A stretch of 45,728 nt of DNA from an uncultured bacterium (GCA_965369865.1 CBDURU010000017.1:1-45728); one strand, 5' to 3'. Positions 9,974-19,854 are shown, counted from the stretch's first letter. Program-made: numbers and translations. Notes: generated from the sequence alone by a model not told the origin.

Positions 9974-10640
9974 GGCCGACATTCTGCTCATCGAGGTGGC
10001 GGATAATCTCCCCCGTCACAGTAAAATAAACATCCTCCGATATATTTGTCGCAAGATCGGCAATTCTTTCAAGATGCCTGCAGACTGAAATCGTATAAAA
10101 TGCCCGGTCGATAATACCCTTCTCGCTCCGCATCCTGTCCCTGAGATTCCTGTAAATTTCCATGTGCAGTTCATCAACGCTGTCATCGGTTTCAATAATT
10201 TTCAAAGCCAGATCCGCATCCTGCCTGACGAGCGCGTCCAGAGAATCCCTGACCATTCCCTGCACGATTTTCACAAGCTTTTCGAATTTATCAGGCATCC
10301 CGATCGGGTCCTGTTTCGCGAGAACCGCGGCCCTTTTCGCGATATGCGACGCAAGGTCCCCCATCCGCTCGAGATCATTATTGACTTTAAGAATGGCGAC
10401 TATATACCTGAGATCGCCCGCGACCGGTTGATGAAGCGCGAGAATTTTCAGGCAGTCCTCCTCGACCTCTATCTCCTTCAGGTCGATCTCCCCGTCGCCC
10501 GCCAACACCTGTTCGGCGAGTTCCACGTTACGGTTTACCATGGAGTCGATAGCCTTGTTAGTCGCTTCCTCGACAATCGCTCCCATAGTGAGGATGTCTT
10601 TCTTGAGTCTATTCAGGTCCCTTTCAAGATGAGCTCTCAT
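9960..10640 (-). CDS. phoU: Phosphate signalling complex protein PhoU
   Basis: QPVAGDLR, DLERMGDLA, LERIADLATNISE; last gene after pstCAB. Confidence 0.97.
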   Translation of the reverse strand: MRAHLERDLNRLKKDILTMGAIVEEATNKAIDSMVNRNVELAEQVLAGDGEIDLKEIEVEEDCLKILALHQPVAGDLRYIVAILKVNNDLERMGDLASHIAKRAAVLAKQDPIGMPDKFEKLVKIVQGMVRDSLDALVRQDADLALKIIETDDSVDELHMEIYRNLRDRMRSEKGIIDRAFYTISVCRHLERIADLATNISEDVYFTVTGEIIRHLDEQNVGHGDN

Positions 10641-10694
10641 TTGTTTTTATCCTTTACTTACATGTTAATTGAATCCAGGTTGCTTTCGAAATCG

Positions 10695-11540
10695 TCATCC
10701 GAATTTTCCGGTAATGTAATCCTCTGTTTGTTTCATCGACGGCTTCGTGAACAACTGCTTCGTACGATCGAACTCCACAATCTCGCCCTTGTAAAAGAAC
10801 GCGGTATAGTCCGACACCCGCGCCGCCTGCTGCATGTTATGGGTCACAAGCGCGATGGTGTATTCGTTCCTGAGAATCATGATCAGCTCTTCTATTTTCG
10901 AAGTCGCCCCCGGATCGAGCGCGCTGCAAGGCTCGTCCATCAAAATAACTTCCGGTTCGGTAGCGATCGCGCGCGCGATACACAATCTCTGTTTTTGTCC
11001 CCCGGATAATGCCAGTCCCGATTTATTCATCTGGCTCTTGACCTCATCCCAGAGCGCGGCGCTTTTCAATGCCGTCTCCACCCGATCCGATATCTCGCTT
11101 TTAGAGATCTTATAATGTAATTTTAATCCATAAGCCACATTTTCAAAAATACTCATCGGGAATGGTGTGGGCTTCTGAAAAATCATCCCGACCTTTTTCC
11201 TTAGCTTTAGTAGATCGGTCGACGGCGAGAGAATATTTTCCCCATCGATCATGACCGTTCCATCGGCTTTCTGATCGCGGTAAAGTTCGTAAATGCGATT
11301 AAACACGCGTATGTGGGTTGATTTTCCGCAGCCGGACGGTCCGATGATCGCGGTGACACGGTTCTGTTTGATTTCGATATCGTTGTCGTGAAGCACCTGG
11401 TGATTTCCGTAGAAAAAATTCAAATTATTCACGACAATTTTGCTCGGGATACTGTCGAAATCGTCCAGAGGCAAATCACTCGATCGCCCGAGATCGATCC
11501 TTCGGGTCAGAACACCGGAATTTGTTGATGTCTCTGTCAT
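10695..11540 (-). CDS. pstB: Phosphate ABC transporter ATP-binding protein
   Basis: [53 protein letters not shown]; the ATG at 11540 just after the pstA stop is preferred to the ORF-track start at 11579. Confidence 0.97.
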   Translation of the reverse strand: MTETSTNSGVLTRRIDLGRSSDLPLDDFDSIPSKIVVNNLNFFYGNHQVLHDNDIEIKQNRVTAIIGPSGCGKSTHIRVFNRIYELYRDQKADGTVMIDGENILSPSTDLLKLRKKVGMIFQKPTPFPMSIFENVAYGLKLHYKISKSEISDRVETALKSAALWDEVKSQMNKSGLALSGGQKQRLCIARAIATEPEVILMDEPCSALDPGATSKIEELIMILRNEYTIALVTHNMQQAARVSDYTAFFYKGEIVEFDRTKQLFTKPSMKQTEDYITGKFG

Positions 11541-11544
11541 TTTT

Positions 11545-12432
11545 CTATCCACGCTCCCGTTGTTCATCGGAGAAGACAATCCTCGCGATTACCGATAACA
11601 CAAGTATGGCTCCGGTTATCAGTAATGACCCGGCCCATGCCTGTCCTTTCCACGTTTCATATGGCGACAGGGCGTACTGAAAAATAGTCACCGTCAGGTT
11701 TGGAGTAGCTTCGGTCATATCGTACATGTATTTAAACGGACCCGAATCCGCGAGCCATGTGAAGTGATTGTGATTGAACGCTGTAAATAAAAGCGGCGCG
11801 GTCTCACCGGAAACCCTCGCGATCGCGAGAAGAATCCCGGTTATTAATCCGGATCTCGCCGCACGGAAAATTATCTGGATTATCATCTTCCAGTGCGGGG
11901 AGCCAAGAGCCAGTGCGGATTCCCTCAGCTCGTTCGGAACCAGCGCAAGCATATCCTCGGACGTTCTCGCCACCACCGGCAGCATGATAATCGCGAGCGC
12001 CGCCGCTCCTGAAAATCCGGAAAACCCACCAAGCGGCACAACCAGCAATGCGTATACAAAAACACCGATCAGGATCGATGGTGTGCCGATCAGGATATTT
12101 GAAAAGAACCTGACTGTTGTTGAGATCGGATGCTCGCGTCCAAATTCAGAGAGGTACACTCCTCCGAGGAGACCCATGGGTACACCGATCAGGATAGCGA
12201 GAAGCGTGATGTAAAAAGTCCCGAGAATCGCGTTCGCCATACCGCCGCCTTCGATCATATGTGGCGCGGTGCGCCTTGTGAAGAAATTGATATCCATCGC
12301 GCTGAATCCCTTTATTGCTACATCCCAGAGGATCCAGACCAGGAAAATGATTCCGATCAACGCGAATACGAGTGATAGAATCCGGACGAACAGGTCGAGT
12401 GCTTTTCGTGCTGTAAGTGATTTCGTTTTCAT
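11545..12432 (-). CDS. pstA: Phosphate ABC transporter permease PstA
   Basis: [40 protein letters not shown]. Confidence 0.95.
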   Translation of the reverse strand: MKTKSLTARKALDLFVRILSLVFALIGIIFLVWILWDVAIKGFSAMDINFFTRRTAPHMIEGGGMANAILGTFYITLLAILIGVPMGLLGGVYLSEFGREHPISTTVRFFSNILIGTPSILIGVFVYALLVVPLGGFSGFSGAAALAIIMLPVVARTSEDMLALVPNELRESALALGSPHWKMIIQIIFRAARSGLITGILLAIARVSGETAPLLFTAFNHNHFTWLADSGPFKYMYDMTEATPNLTVTIFQYALSPYETWKGQAWAGSLLITGAILVLSVIARIVFSDEQRERG

Positions 12433-12434
12433 TA

Positions 12435-13382
12435 CTAACTCTCGTGTTTACCCAGCTTGTTGATCCAGAGCTGCGCGATTACCTGGAATATGAAAGTGAT
12501 CGCGAACAGGATCAGCCCGAGTTCGATCAGAACAGACTTGAACATCGGGTCATTCATCGCTTCGCCGAATTCAAGCGCGATTGACGACGCGATTGAATTT
12601 CCGCCGGCGAACAGCGACGCACTTATGTCGTGGCTGTTGCCGATCACAAAAGTAACCGCCATCGTTTCTCCGATCGCGCGTCCCAGCCCGATAAACATCG
12701 CTCCCACAATCCCGCGAATTCCGTACGGGAGGCTAATCTGGCGAGTTACTTCCCACATTGTCGCGCCCGCCCCATGCCCGGCTTCCTTGAGAACCGGAGG
12801 CACCATCGCAAGCACGTCTCTCGAAACCGCGGTGATGAAAGGCAGTATCATCAGGGCGAGGATTATTCCCGCCGTGAGCATCCCGATTCCGATAGGCGGT
12901 CCGGAAAACAGGACATTGAAAATAGGCCAGGCGCCGAAATTCCTGCTCAGCCACGGTTCAACTACTGTCTGCATAATCGGCACGAAAACAAAAAGTCCCC
13001 ACATGCCGTAGATGATGCTCGGGATCGCGGCGAGAAGTTCGATCGCGCCTCCAACAAATTTAGCTAAAATCGGATGCGACAATTCGACAAGAAATAAAGC
13101 GATTATCACACCCATCGGGGCCGCGATCAGCATGGCGATTATAGTTGAAACGAGTGTTCCGTAAATTGTACTCGCCGCGCCGAATTCTCCGGCCACCGGA
13201 TTCCAGGTGTTGTCCCAGAGGAAACGCCAGCCGAATTCTTTGATCGAGGGTAGGGAATTAACAAGAAGGACGGTAGCGATCGCGAGCATTATTACAATAA
13301 TTGAAATCGCTCCGGTCATCGAGAGCAGTCGGAAGGCCTGATCGGGAATGTTTGTACGCGATGTATGGTCGGATTTATTCAC
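12435..13382 (-). CDS. pstC: Phosphate ABC transporter permease PstC
   Basis: WNPVAGEFG, ELLAAIPSIIYGMWG, GRAIGETMAV; GTG start. Confidence 0.95.
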   Translation of the reverse strand: MNKSDHTSRTNIPDQAFRLLSMTGAISIIVIMLAIATVLLVNSLPSIKEFGWRFLWDNTWNPVAGEFGAASTIYGTLVSTIIAMLIAAPMGVIIALFLVELSHPILAKFVGGAIELLAAIPSIIYGMWGLFVFVPIMQTVVEPWLSRNFGAWPIFNVLFSGPPIGIGMLTAGIILALMILPFITAVSRDVLAMVPPVLKEAGHGAGATMWEVTRQISLPYGIRGIVGAMFIGLGRAIGETMAVTFVIGNSHDISASLFAGGNSIASSIALEFGEAMNDPMFKSVLIELGLILFAITFIFQVIAQLWINKLGKHES

Positions 13383-13416
13383 GGTGAAATATTTTGCTTG
13401 TTGATTCCAATCTTAG

Positions 13417-13602
13417 ATTCAGGGACGCCTTTCCACTCGTCTAACGAGTTGAAGGTGTCCCTGGTAAATATCCTGTTACTAAGAATTCATGGGGACACCT
13501 TCAGACCTGGAAGATCGGAAAGGCGTCCCCATGAATTCAAGGAAGGTCGGAAAGGCGTCCCCATGAATTCAAGGAAGATCGGAAAGGCGTCCCCATGAAT
13601 TT
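13417..13602. repeat. Intergenic repeat cluster: three tandem 32-bp units plus inverted partner copies
   Basis: ggaag(a/g)tcggaaaggcgtccccatgaattcaa at 13509, 13541 and 13573 (last copy slightly short); inverted copy gaattcatggggacacctt at 13483-13501; related pair cagggacgcctt/aaggtgtccctg at ~13419-13463. Confidence 0.85.
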
Positions 13603-13639
13603 ATTACACGCATTCTATGAGTAAATTTACCAGACCTGT

Positions 13640-13732
13640 GTGAAGCTTGTGTTAAATAAATGTTACGATTCGATGACAATGGGAGATAATATTTGTCATG
13701 AAATTGACACATTCCCATCACGAATTTATAAC
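13640..13732. promoter_or_regulatory. Two divergent Pho-box-like arrays, four half-sites each at 11-bp spacing
   Basis: Plus strand: TGTCAT 13694, TGACAC 13705, CATCAC 13716, TATAAC 13727. Minus strand: TGTCAT (13673-78), CGTAAC (13662-67), TTTAAC (13651-56), CTTCAC (13640-45). Resembles the PhoB CTGTCAT-N4 repeat and lies between pstC and pstS. Confidence 0.75.
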
Positions 13733-13773
13733 AGTCGCGTGCTAAAGTGTAGAATGAAATTCAGGTGACTCGA

Positions 13774-14829
13774 ATGAAAAAAATAACCTGGTTTGTTATT
13801 TCATGCTTATTACTGGCTGGGATTCTGGCCAGCGGGTGTGATTCGTCCCAGTCAACGAGAATCTCGTTCACCGGTGCGGGAGCATCGTTTCCATACCCGA
13901 TCTACTCCTACTGGGCATATATCTATGAAGAAGTTTCGGGTGTCGAGATCAATTACCAGGCGATTGGATCGGGCGGAGGGATTTCAGCGATCAAGGGCGG
14001 GCAGGTCGATTTTGGAGCGTCCGACAAACCTCTTGAAATTGATGAACTGAACGAGGACGGGCTGATCCAGTTTCCGATGATTATCGGTGGTGTCGTGCCG
14101 GTAATAAATGTTCCGGGGATCGGTCCCGGTGAAATAAGGCTGTCCGGGAATACACTTGCGCGTTTGTTTCTCGGTGAGATAACGAACTGGAACGATCAGG
14201 AAATTCTTGTATACAACACTGAAATGGAACTTCCGAATCTGGATGTGACCGTTGTGCATCGCGCGGACGGATCGGGCACCACATGGATTTTCTCAAATTA
14301 CCTTGAAAGGGTTTCACCAGCCTGGGAAAACAGGGTAGGGGTGGGGAAATCGCTGGACTGGCCGGTCGGACTTGGCGCGAACAAGAACGAGGGGGTCGCG
14401 CAGAATGTCATGACAGTGCCCGGATCGATTGGTTATGTCGAGTACGCATACGCGCATGAAAACGATCTGACCTATTGCACGCTTCAGAATCGCGATGGGG
14501 AATTCGTTACCCCGACCATAGAATCATTTTCAGCAGCCGCCGCGAATGCCGACTGGGAAAATGCGCCGGGATTCTACATGGTCCTTGTCGACCAGCCCGG
14601 TGAAAATTCCTGGCCGATAACAGGCGCGAGTTTTATTCTTATCCACAAACACCAGGACGACCTCGATATAGCCCGTGGCATGCTGGAATTTTTCGACTGG
14701 TGCTTCACACACGGACAGGACAGGGCAATCGAGCTCGATTATGTACCGATTCCCGAGAATGTGGTCGAGTTGATTGAAAACACCTGGGCTGATGAGATCA
14801 CAGTCGGCGGGGAGGCTGTTTGGGAGTAA
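13774..14829 (+). CDS. pstS: Phosphate ABC transporter substrate-binding lipoprotein
   Basis: Lipobox LASGC; GAGASFPYP, YQAIGSGGG, FGASD, HRADGSGTT, IGYVE. ATG 13774 chosen; in-frame GTG at 13765 is possible. Confidence 0.97.
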   Translation: MKKITWFVISCLLLAGILASGCDSSQSTRISFTGAGASFPYPIYSYWAYIYEEVSGVEINYQAIGSGGGISAIKGGQVDFGASDKPLEIDELNEDGLIQFPMIIGGVVPVINVPGIGPGEIRLSGNTLARLFLGEITNWNDQEILVYNTEMELPNLDVTVVHRADGSGTTWIFSNYLERVSPAWENRVGVGKSLDWPVGLGANKNEGVAQNVMTVPGSIGYVEYAYAHENDLTYCTLQNRDGEFVTPTIESFSAAAANADWENAPGFYMVLVDQPGENSWPITGASFILIHKHQDDLDIARGMLEFFDWCFTHGQDRAIELDYVPIPENVVELIENTWADEITVGGEAVWE

Positions 14830-14833
14830 AGCT

Positions 14834-14922
14834 GTATCAGAGCCCCGAATGTTAATGAGGGGACTGCCAACTGGTGTTTTGGAACTTGGCAGACCCCTCA
14901 TTAACATTCGGGGCTCTGATAC
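14834..14922. repeat. Long inverted repeat (REP pair) between convergent genes; may act as a terminator
   Basis: gtatcagagccccgaatgttaatgagggg-a-ctgccaa pairs with ttggcag-a-cccctcattaacattcggggctctgatac. Confidence 0.85.
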
Positions 14923-14958
14923 TAGAGCCTGATACTGGAACCGGGTCAGTAATACCAA

Positions 14959-16002
14959 CTAATCATTCAGCTCAATTCCACCACTCACGACAATAATCAC
15001 TCCATCCGGACGACCATCGGGACCGACATAAATTGATTCCATTGTCATCGGAAATGATATAGGCTGATTATATGAATACAGGCTCCTGTCCTCATAGTCG
15101 CCCCAGAGGTTATAAACATCCTGACCCGGATTATCGATCGCTCCATAACCGGCAAGTTTGTAGTCGATAACCCATCCCGTGATATACGCTCTTGGATTTG
15201 TACCACCGCCGAGAAATGGTGAATATCCTGCAAGACCTTCGAAAATTCCGTAGTAATAAAAATTTCCCGGCGACAGCCAGAACTGGTGATCATCATGGAA
15301 TGTAGTAGTGTAATTGAGATCGTATTCGGAGTACCAGGGATTTGTATATCCCATTGGCCATTCTAACTGGTCTGGTTCAGGCATAACCATTATCGGCCAT
15401 GGCGCATGACGCTGGCCTTCCGATACATCCCACATAAGAGTCCCGACTTCACCTCCGACCTCGCGACGCACGTATAATAGACTTCGATCGGAAGGCTGTG
15501 CCCAGATATTCGTTCGAGTCATTTGCATCATACCGAAATGGTATTCAAGTGGTCCGAAACCATTCTCTGCCGGGTTAGTTTTAATTTTCCCTTCTTTCAA
15601 AACATCCCAGTCCGCCATGAATGGATTCTGAGGATATTCAGCGAGGTACCCGTAATGAATCAGGACATCCATATCACCCTGGTACGGCTGATAACCGGGA
15701 TCGTCGGGTGGAAAATAGTAGCTATGCTCGGTGTTTGGATTGATTGGAGCGGATAATGTAGCGAATGTATCAGTTTCATCTCCACCGTAAAGGATGTAGG
15801 GATAATACCCCCCGGAATCGACCGCATATCTCTCAAGGGCAATTTGAATCTTGTGTATGTTCGCCTTGACCTCTTCCTCCTGTTCCGATGCCCCCGCCTT
15901 CACAAGTCCAGGAAGTGCTGCAGCTACTATTATCGCCAGGATCGATGTAACAACAAGTAATTCAATCATAGAAAATCCGGTCGATGTTTTAAAATTTCTC
16001 AT
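14959..16002 (-). CDS. Prepilin-type N-terminal cleavage/methylation domain protein (pilin/pseudopilin-like)
   Basis: Class III signal G|FSMIELLVV followed by a hydrophobic helix; EEEVKANIHKIQIALERYAVDSGGYYP. Confidence 0.85.
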   Translation of the reverse strand: MRNFKTSTGFSMIELLVVTSILAIIVAAALPGLVKAGASEQEEEVKANIHKIQIALERYAVDSGGYYPYILYGGDETDTFATLSAPINPNTEHSYYFPPDDPGYQPYQGDMDVLIHYGYLAEYPQNPFMADWDVLKEGKIKTNPAENGFGPLEYHFGMMQMTRTNIWAQPSDRSLLYVRREVGGEVGTLMWDVSEGQRHAPWPIMVMPEPDQLEWPMGYTNPWYSEYDLNYTTTFHDDHQFWLSPGNFYYYGIFEGLAGYSPFLGGGTNPRAYITGWVIDYKLAGYGAIDNPGQDVYNLWGDYEDRSLYSYNQPISFPMTMESIYVGPDGRPDGVIIVVSGGIELND

Positions 16003-17111
16003 TCCGATACCTCCAGGACTTCAATGTTACTGCCGAATTCAAAGCCCGATGTGACTTCAATGATCACCCAGTCGTTGATCCCGTCAGGGCCTGAGATAAG
16101 CGGATCCTTACCGGGTTCAGCGAGCATCTGGTTGGTTCCCATTGGCGATGCCCCGGTCCAGGGATCGTATTCGGCAGCCGGGTAGCCGGTTGCTTCCACG
16201 CGTGCCTGGTTAGCTGCTCCGGCGGTTGAATCGAGGTTTATCCCAATATTAATTTGATATTCTCCTAATGAGCCCTGCGGCATCCAATGACTGGCCGGCA
16301 TCCTGTTGAAGTAATCCATGCCAAGTTTTTCAAAACTGTCGCGATGGGCTGGTGCGCCGTAACCGTAGAGGTAGTACCCGACCACGTCGTTATTATGCAC
16401 AACGTTGACCATACCCATATGAACAGCACCATAATTTGCTGCGTAATGAACATAAACAGGCGCAAGATCCTCGAAGATCGGGTGGTAATAAAAATTCCCT
16501 GGAGCATCAAGATCGGGATCGCTTTCACCAGTTTGTTCTTCAATATTTTCAGTTGTGTAGAGAATGAAATCCGTTTGCGGTGTATCCCCCCAACCGAATC
16601 CCAAGTCGAACATTTTATCACCGTGAAACCCACCGTACGGGTAGGCACCTGTAGCCCCGGTATTTCCATCACTTGATGAGTTCCACAGGCCATTATCGGG
16701 ACGCGCGAACGGGTTAACAGGGAATTCAGACAGGTATCCCCACTGAATGAGCGGATCTACCATTTGCCTGATCTGTGTAAATCCAACAATCCTTGAATAA
16801 TCTGATGTTTTACAGAACGGGGTCATGCCATATGTCGGCCAGGTAGCAGTATAGTTATCTCGCATGTTTGAAAAATTTATGATGATATTGCTGTCTCTCT
16901 CAGCCCCTATCATGAAAAGCGGGTAGTAACCCCCTGAATCGACCGCATACCTCTCAAGCGCAATTTGAATAGTGTGGATATTCGCCTTGACCTCTTCCTC
17001 GCGTTCGTTCACATTTGCGCGTACGAAAGAAGGCAGTGCGAGTACGAGGATGATTGCCATTAACGCAAGAGTTACGGTTAACTCGATCGCGGAAAATCCC
17101 CTGTCTCTCAT
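15999..17111 (-). CDS. Prepilin-type N-terminal cleavage/methylation domain protein, paralog of 14959-16002
   Basis: G|FSAIELTV; same helix motif as its neighbour; GGAGG RBS; 4-bp ATGA overlap with the downstream paralog. Confidence 0.85.
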   Translation of the reverse strand: MRDRGFSAIELTVTLALMAIILVLALPSFVRANVNEREEEVKANIHTIQIALERYAVDSGGYYPLFMIGAERDSNIIINFSNMRDNYTATWPTYGMTPFCKTSDYSRIVGFTQIRQMVDPLIQWGYLSEFPVNPFARPDNGLWNSSSDGNTGATGAYPYGGFHGDKMFDLGFGWGDTPQTDFILYTTENIEEQTGESDPDLDAPGNFYYHPIFEDLAPVYVHYAANYGAVHMGMVNVVHNNDVVGYYLYGYGAPAHRDSFEKLGMDYFNRMPASHWMPQGSLGEYQINIGINLDSTAGAANQARVEATGYPAAEYDPWTGASPMGTNQMLAEPGKDPLISGPDGINDWVIIEVTSGFEFGSNIEVLEVSE

Positions 17112-17260
17112 ATTGACCTCCCGTGGATTATAGATTTCTGAATAATATTATACTGCTATCTATGAGACAATACATACCAAAGAAAGTTTCGGTATATTAT
17201 ACTGAAACTCTGGTATGATTTTCACAAGGTAAAAACAATCCTGCACAGGAGACCGTACAT

Positions 17261-17716
17261 ATGCGTTTCTCAATTCAATTAATTTCCATTTTATTCATGA
17301 TCCTCATACTCTCTGCCGCCTGTACACAGACAGGCGAATCAAATAGTGCGGATGAACCCGAACCGGGTGGTGGTCCGCAAATTGGTGAACCGGCAACATT
17401 TCTGCCTGAGGATATGGTCCGAATCCCGGAAGGCTGGTGGGAGTCGATTCCCTTTATGGCGGGTTTCGAAGTCGATGATTTCCGCACGTCCGACGATGGG
17501 ATGATGGCTGTACTGCATGGCGATTTCGATATCGAACGCGTGACCGATTTCTATTCCACCATAGAAGGCTGGGAACCCGATCCCGATCCGGAGCTTGCAT
17601 GGATGCTCGAAGGCGATAATAGAAAGATAAACTACATCCGCGATGAGTTTAAACTGATGATAACAATCAGCAAGCTGGAAGATTCACTCACGTTGACAAT
17701 CGTGGTTGTGAAATAG
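17261..17716 (+). CDS. Hypothetical lipoprotein, paralog of 9228-9734
   Basis: Lipobox SAAC; AGGAG RBS; IPEGWWESIPFMAGFEV and FYSTIEGW motifs. Confidence 0.7.
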   Translation: MRFSIQLISILFMILILSAACTQTGESNSADEPEPGGGPQIGEPATFLPEDMVRIPEGWWESIPFMAGFEVDDFRTSDDGMMAVLHGDFDIERVTDFYSTIEGWEPDPDPELAWMLEGDNRKINYIRDEFKLMITISKLEDSLTLTIVVVK

Positions 17717-17955
17717 ATCGAATCAGGTTTACCGGATTATTTTCAAACTACTTCAATTACTCATCTGTTTTCGGCAGCACACGAATTGTAGCCATATCTG
17801 CCGATATGTCAAAACTAACAATTTCAAAACGAAGAAACTGTACACTCGTCACAATTGAAGGCCGTTCATATGCATCGTATTGAGTGGTTCGTCTCCCAAG
17901 AATTGCCGTTTCTCCAACTAGTCCACATGACACTTTTTACTTTATACTTAACATA

Positions 17956-17983
17956 TTGACAAAACCGGGAAGTGTGGTAAACT
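17956..17983 (+). promoter_or_regulatory. Sigma-70-type promoter for 18018-19756
   Basis: TTGACA, 16-nt spacer ending in TGG, then TAAACT (extended -10); GAGGAGG RBS at 18004-18010. Confidence 0.6.
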
Positions 17984-18017
17984 ATTTGTGTAATTAATAT
18001 CCTGAGGAGGTTGAGAA

Positions 18018-18650
18018 ATGCGTAAAATTTTATTTCTTTTTGTTATTCTTGTTCTCGTTACCATCCCTATTAACTCAGCTCAAGGTTGGCCTCCGCCGAA
18101 CGACAGTCACCCTTGTTACCTACCGAACAACGTCTTTACATGGTGCAACCTTGACCTGCCCAATCAGCGATTTGAAGGGTATATGACCATGGATTGGCGA
18201 CCTGATGTAGAAGTGGATTATCAAGGAACAACTTACCATGTCACAATAAAAATCTACGGTGTTTATTATGCCAATGGTCAGCGGAAACCTGGGTGTCAGA
18301 GCTCTGCAGCTACACCAGCATGTTTTTGGAACACATGGACTTGTGTCTGGAATGTGGGCGATCCTTATTATCAAAACTGGGATGCATGCGTCAACAGGGC
18401 TAACAAGTTAATGCTCTATTGCTGGCCGGTTCAAGGGTGCATTGATGTAACCGGCACCGGTGCTAATGCCCCCATTGCTTATTATCTTAATATTTACCTC
18501 GATACAGAAGCCAATATGCTGAGGCCGGCTACAGGTGCACCAAGGCTTATACCATACGAGGATTCTAGACATGTTTATGCTATGCGGCCGACTGTTATGT
18601 CGGGAGGTCGATATTGTCCAAATTACAGCCAACCCACAGGTTGCCCATAA
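18018..18650 (+). CDS. Secreted cysteine-rich hypothetical protein
   Basis: Sec signal peptide; 10 Cys in the mature region; strong RBS. Confidence 0.7.
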   Translation: MRKILFLFVILVLVTIPINSAQGWPPPNDSHPCYLPNNVFTWCNLDLPNQRFEGYMTMDWRPDVEVDYQGTTYHVTIKIYGVYYANGQRKPGCQSSAATPACFWNTWTCVWNVGDPYYQNWDACVNRANKLMLYCWPVQGCIDVTGTGANAPIAYYLNIYLDTEANMLRPATGAPRLIPYEDSRHVYAMRPTVMSGGRYCPNYSQPTGCP

Positions 18651-18670
18651 AATTCTGCGGAGGGAAAAAA

Positions 18671-19756
18671 ATGAAAAATTCAATTAAAACCATTTTTGTT
18701 ATCATAATCCTGTTTCTCATTACTTCATGCGCCTCACAAAAACAGGATGCGCAATTGCCTTTAACGGATAACCCGGAGGCAAACCCGGACCCCGGCTTGA
18801 AAGTTATCACAACTGAAGAAGACCGGTCGTCCGGTGTCATGCCCTACAACCCGAACGGCTTAAGATGGTATGAGTGGCAATCCGGTTACGTTCATTGGGT
18901 AGCCGGGATGGCGATGTGGACAAATCGCGATTTAATGGGTTGTGATTTCCCGTTGGATTACGATGAATTGTTAAGCTCGGGTCTTCTGCCCGTGATCTTT
19001 CACAACCGCTATACGGGGGAACCGATTAAAAGCACCGAGGAATATGCGCCCGGTGATATCTTTTACGATGTGGATTTATCCACCAGCACAATAACATTCA
19101 GCATTCACCGTGGCCCCCTGGACGAGGTATTCGATCCCGAGTCAACCGGCGGTGAGTGGCTTCCATACCGTGGCAGTCTCAGGGACAGTGTTACGGATGG
19201 TAAAACAGTGAAAATGGAAACGGTTGGTGACCCAACTACCTTTAATAACTCCGTCCCCGCGTCAGAATTCCGTGAATATTTCAGATTCCCTCCGGATGAC
19301 GATGCGCGCGTTCGGGTTTGCATTGTCTATAGATTCATCAATGATCTTGTGTATTACCTGGGTGAGTTCGTGGATCGAGTCCCGGGATCGATCGATGAAT
19401 ATATTGCCATGGTCGGTGAGAAAAACCCCGTTGCCTGGATAAATCCTTATACGGGAGAAACAATGAGACAGGTTGAATGGTTTAGCGTTCCGCTCTACTA
19501 CGGCGTCACCAACGACCCGGTCGTCGACCCCATCCCGGATATTACACGCGATCGTGCCGCGCCCGCACCTTCACCACCACCCGAGGATATAGCCGGAAAC
19601 TATGCTTATAAAGTCGCCTTTTCACCTGTTGTAGATACTGAATTACGGGCATACGCGCAATTTTACTTTAAACAACCGGACGGTTCTATTGCCGCGTATC
19701 TCGCGATAGGAGTCGGTCCCCAGGAAAAGCATGCAGGTGCGGTTAAGTTGGATTAA
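18671..19756 (+). CDS. Hypothetical lipoprotein with an internally duplicated N-x-Y-T-G-E motif
   Basis: Start MKNSIK after GGAGGG; lipobox ITSC; HNRYTGEP and WINPYTGET. Confidence 0.7.
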   Translation: MKNSIKTIFVIIILFLITSCASQKQDAQLPLTDNPEANPDPGLKVITTEEDRSSGVMPYNPNGLRWYEWQSGYVHWVAGMAMWTNRDLMGCDFPLDYDELLSSGLLPVIFHNRYTGEPIKSTEEYAPGDIFYDVDLSTSTITFSIHRGPLDEVFDPESTGGEWLPYRGSLRDSVTDGKTVKMETVGDPTTFNNSVPASEFREYFRFPPDDDARVRVCIVYRFINDLVYYLGEFVDRVPGSIDEYIAMVGEKNPVAWINPYTGETMRQVEWFSVPLYYGVTNDPVVDPIPDITRDRAAPAPSPPPEDIAGNYAYKVAFSPVVDTELRAYAQFYFKQPDGSIAAYLAIGVGPQEKHAGAVKLD

Positions 19757-19854
19757 TGAATTGATACACTGCTGTTCAGGATAAATTGGTTTTGAGCAAG
19801 GTTACCCCATAGGATAAGGCATCCAGAGGGAGAGGGTTTGCCCTACCCTTTCCA

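Noticed and set aside
10164..11009. 281-aa plus-strand ORF and other long antisense ORFs (e.g. 3735-4307, 12457-13011, 25236-25784)
   Set aside because: They are shadow frames opposite well-supported genes, with no recognisable motifs.
13509..13602. CRISPR array
   Set aside because: The 32-bp units are directly adjacent with no unique spacers, and no cas genes are present.
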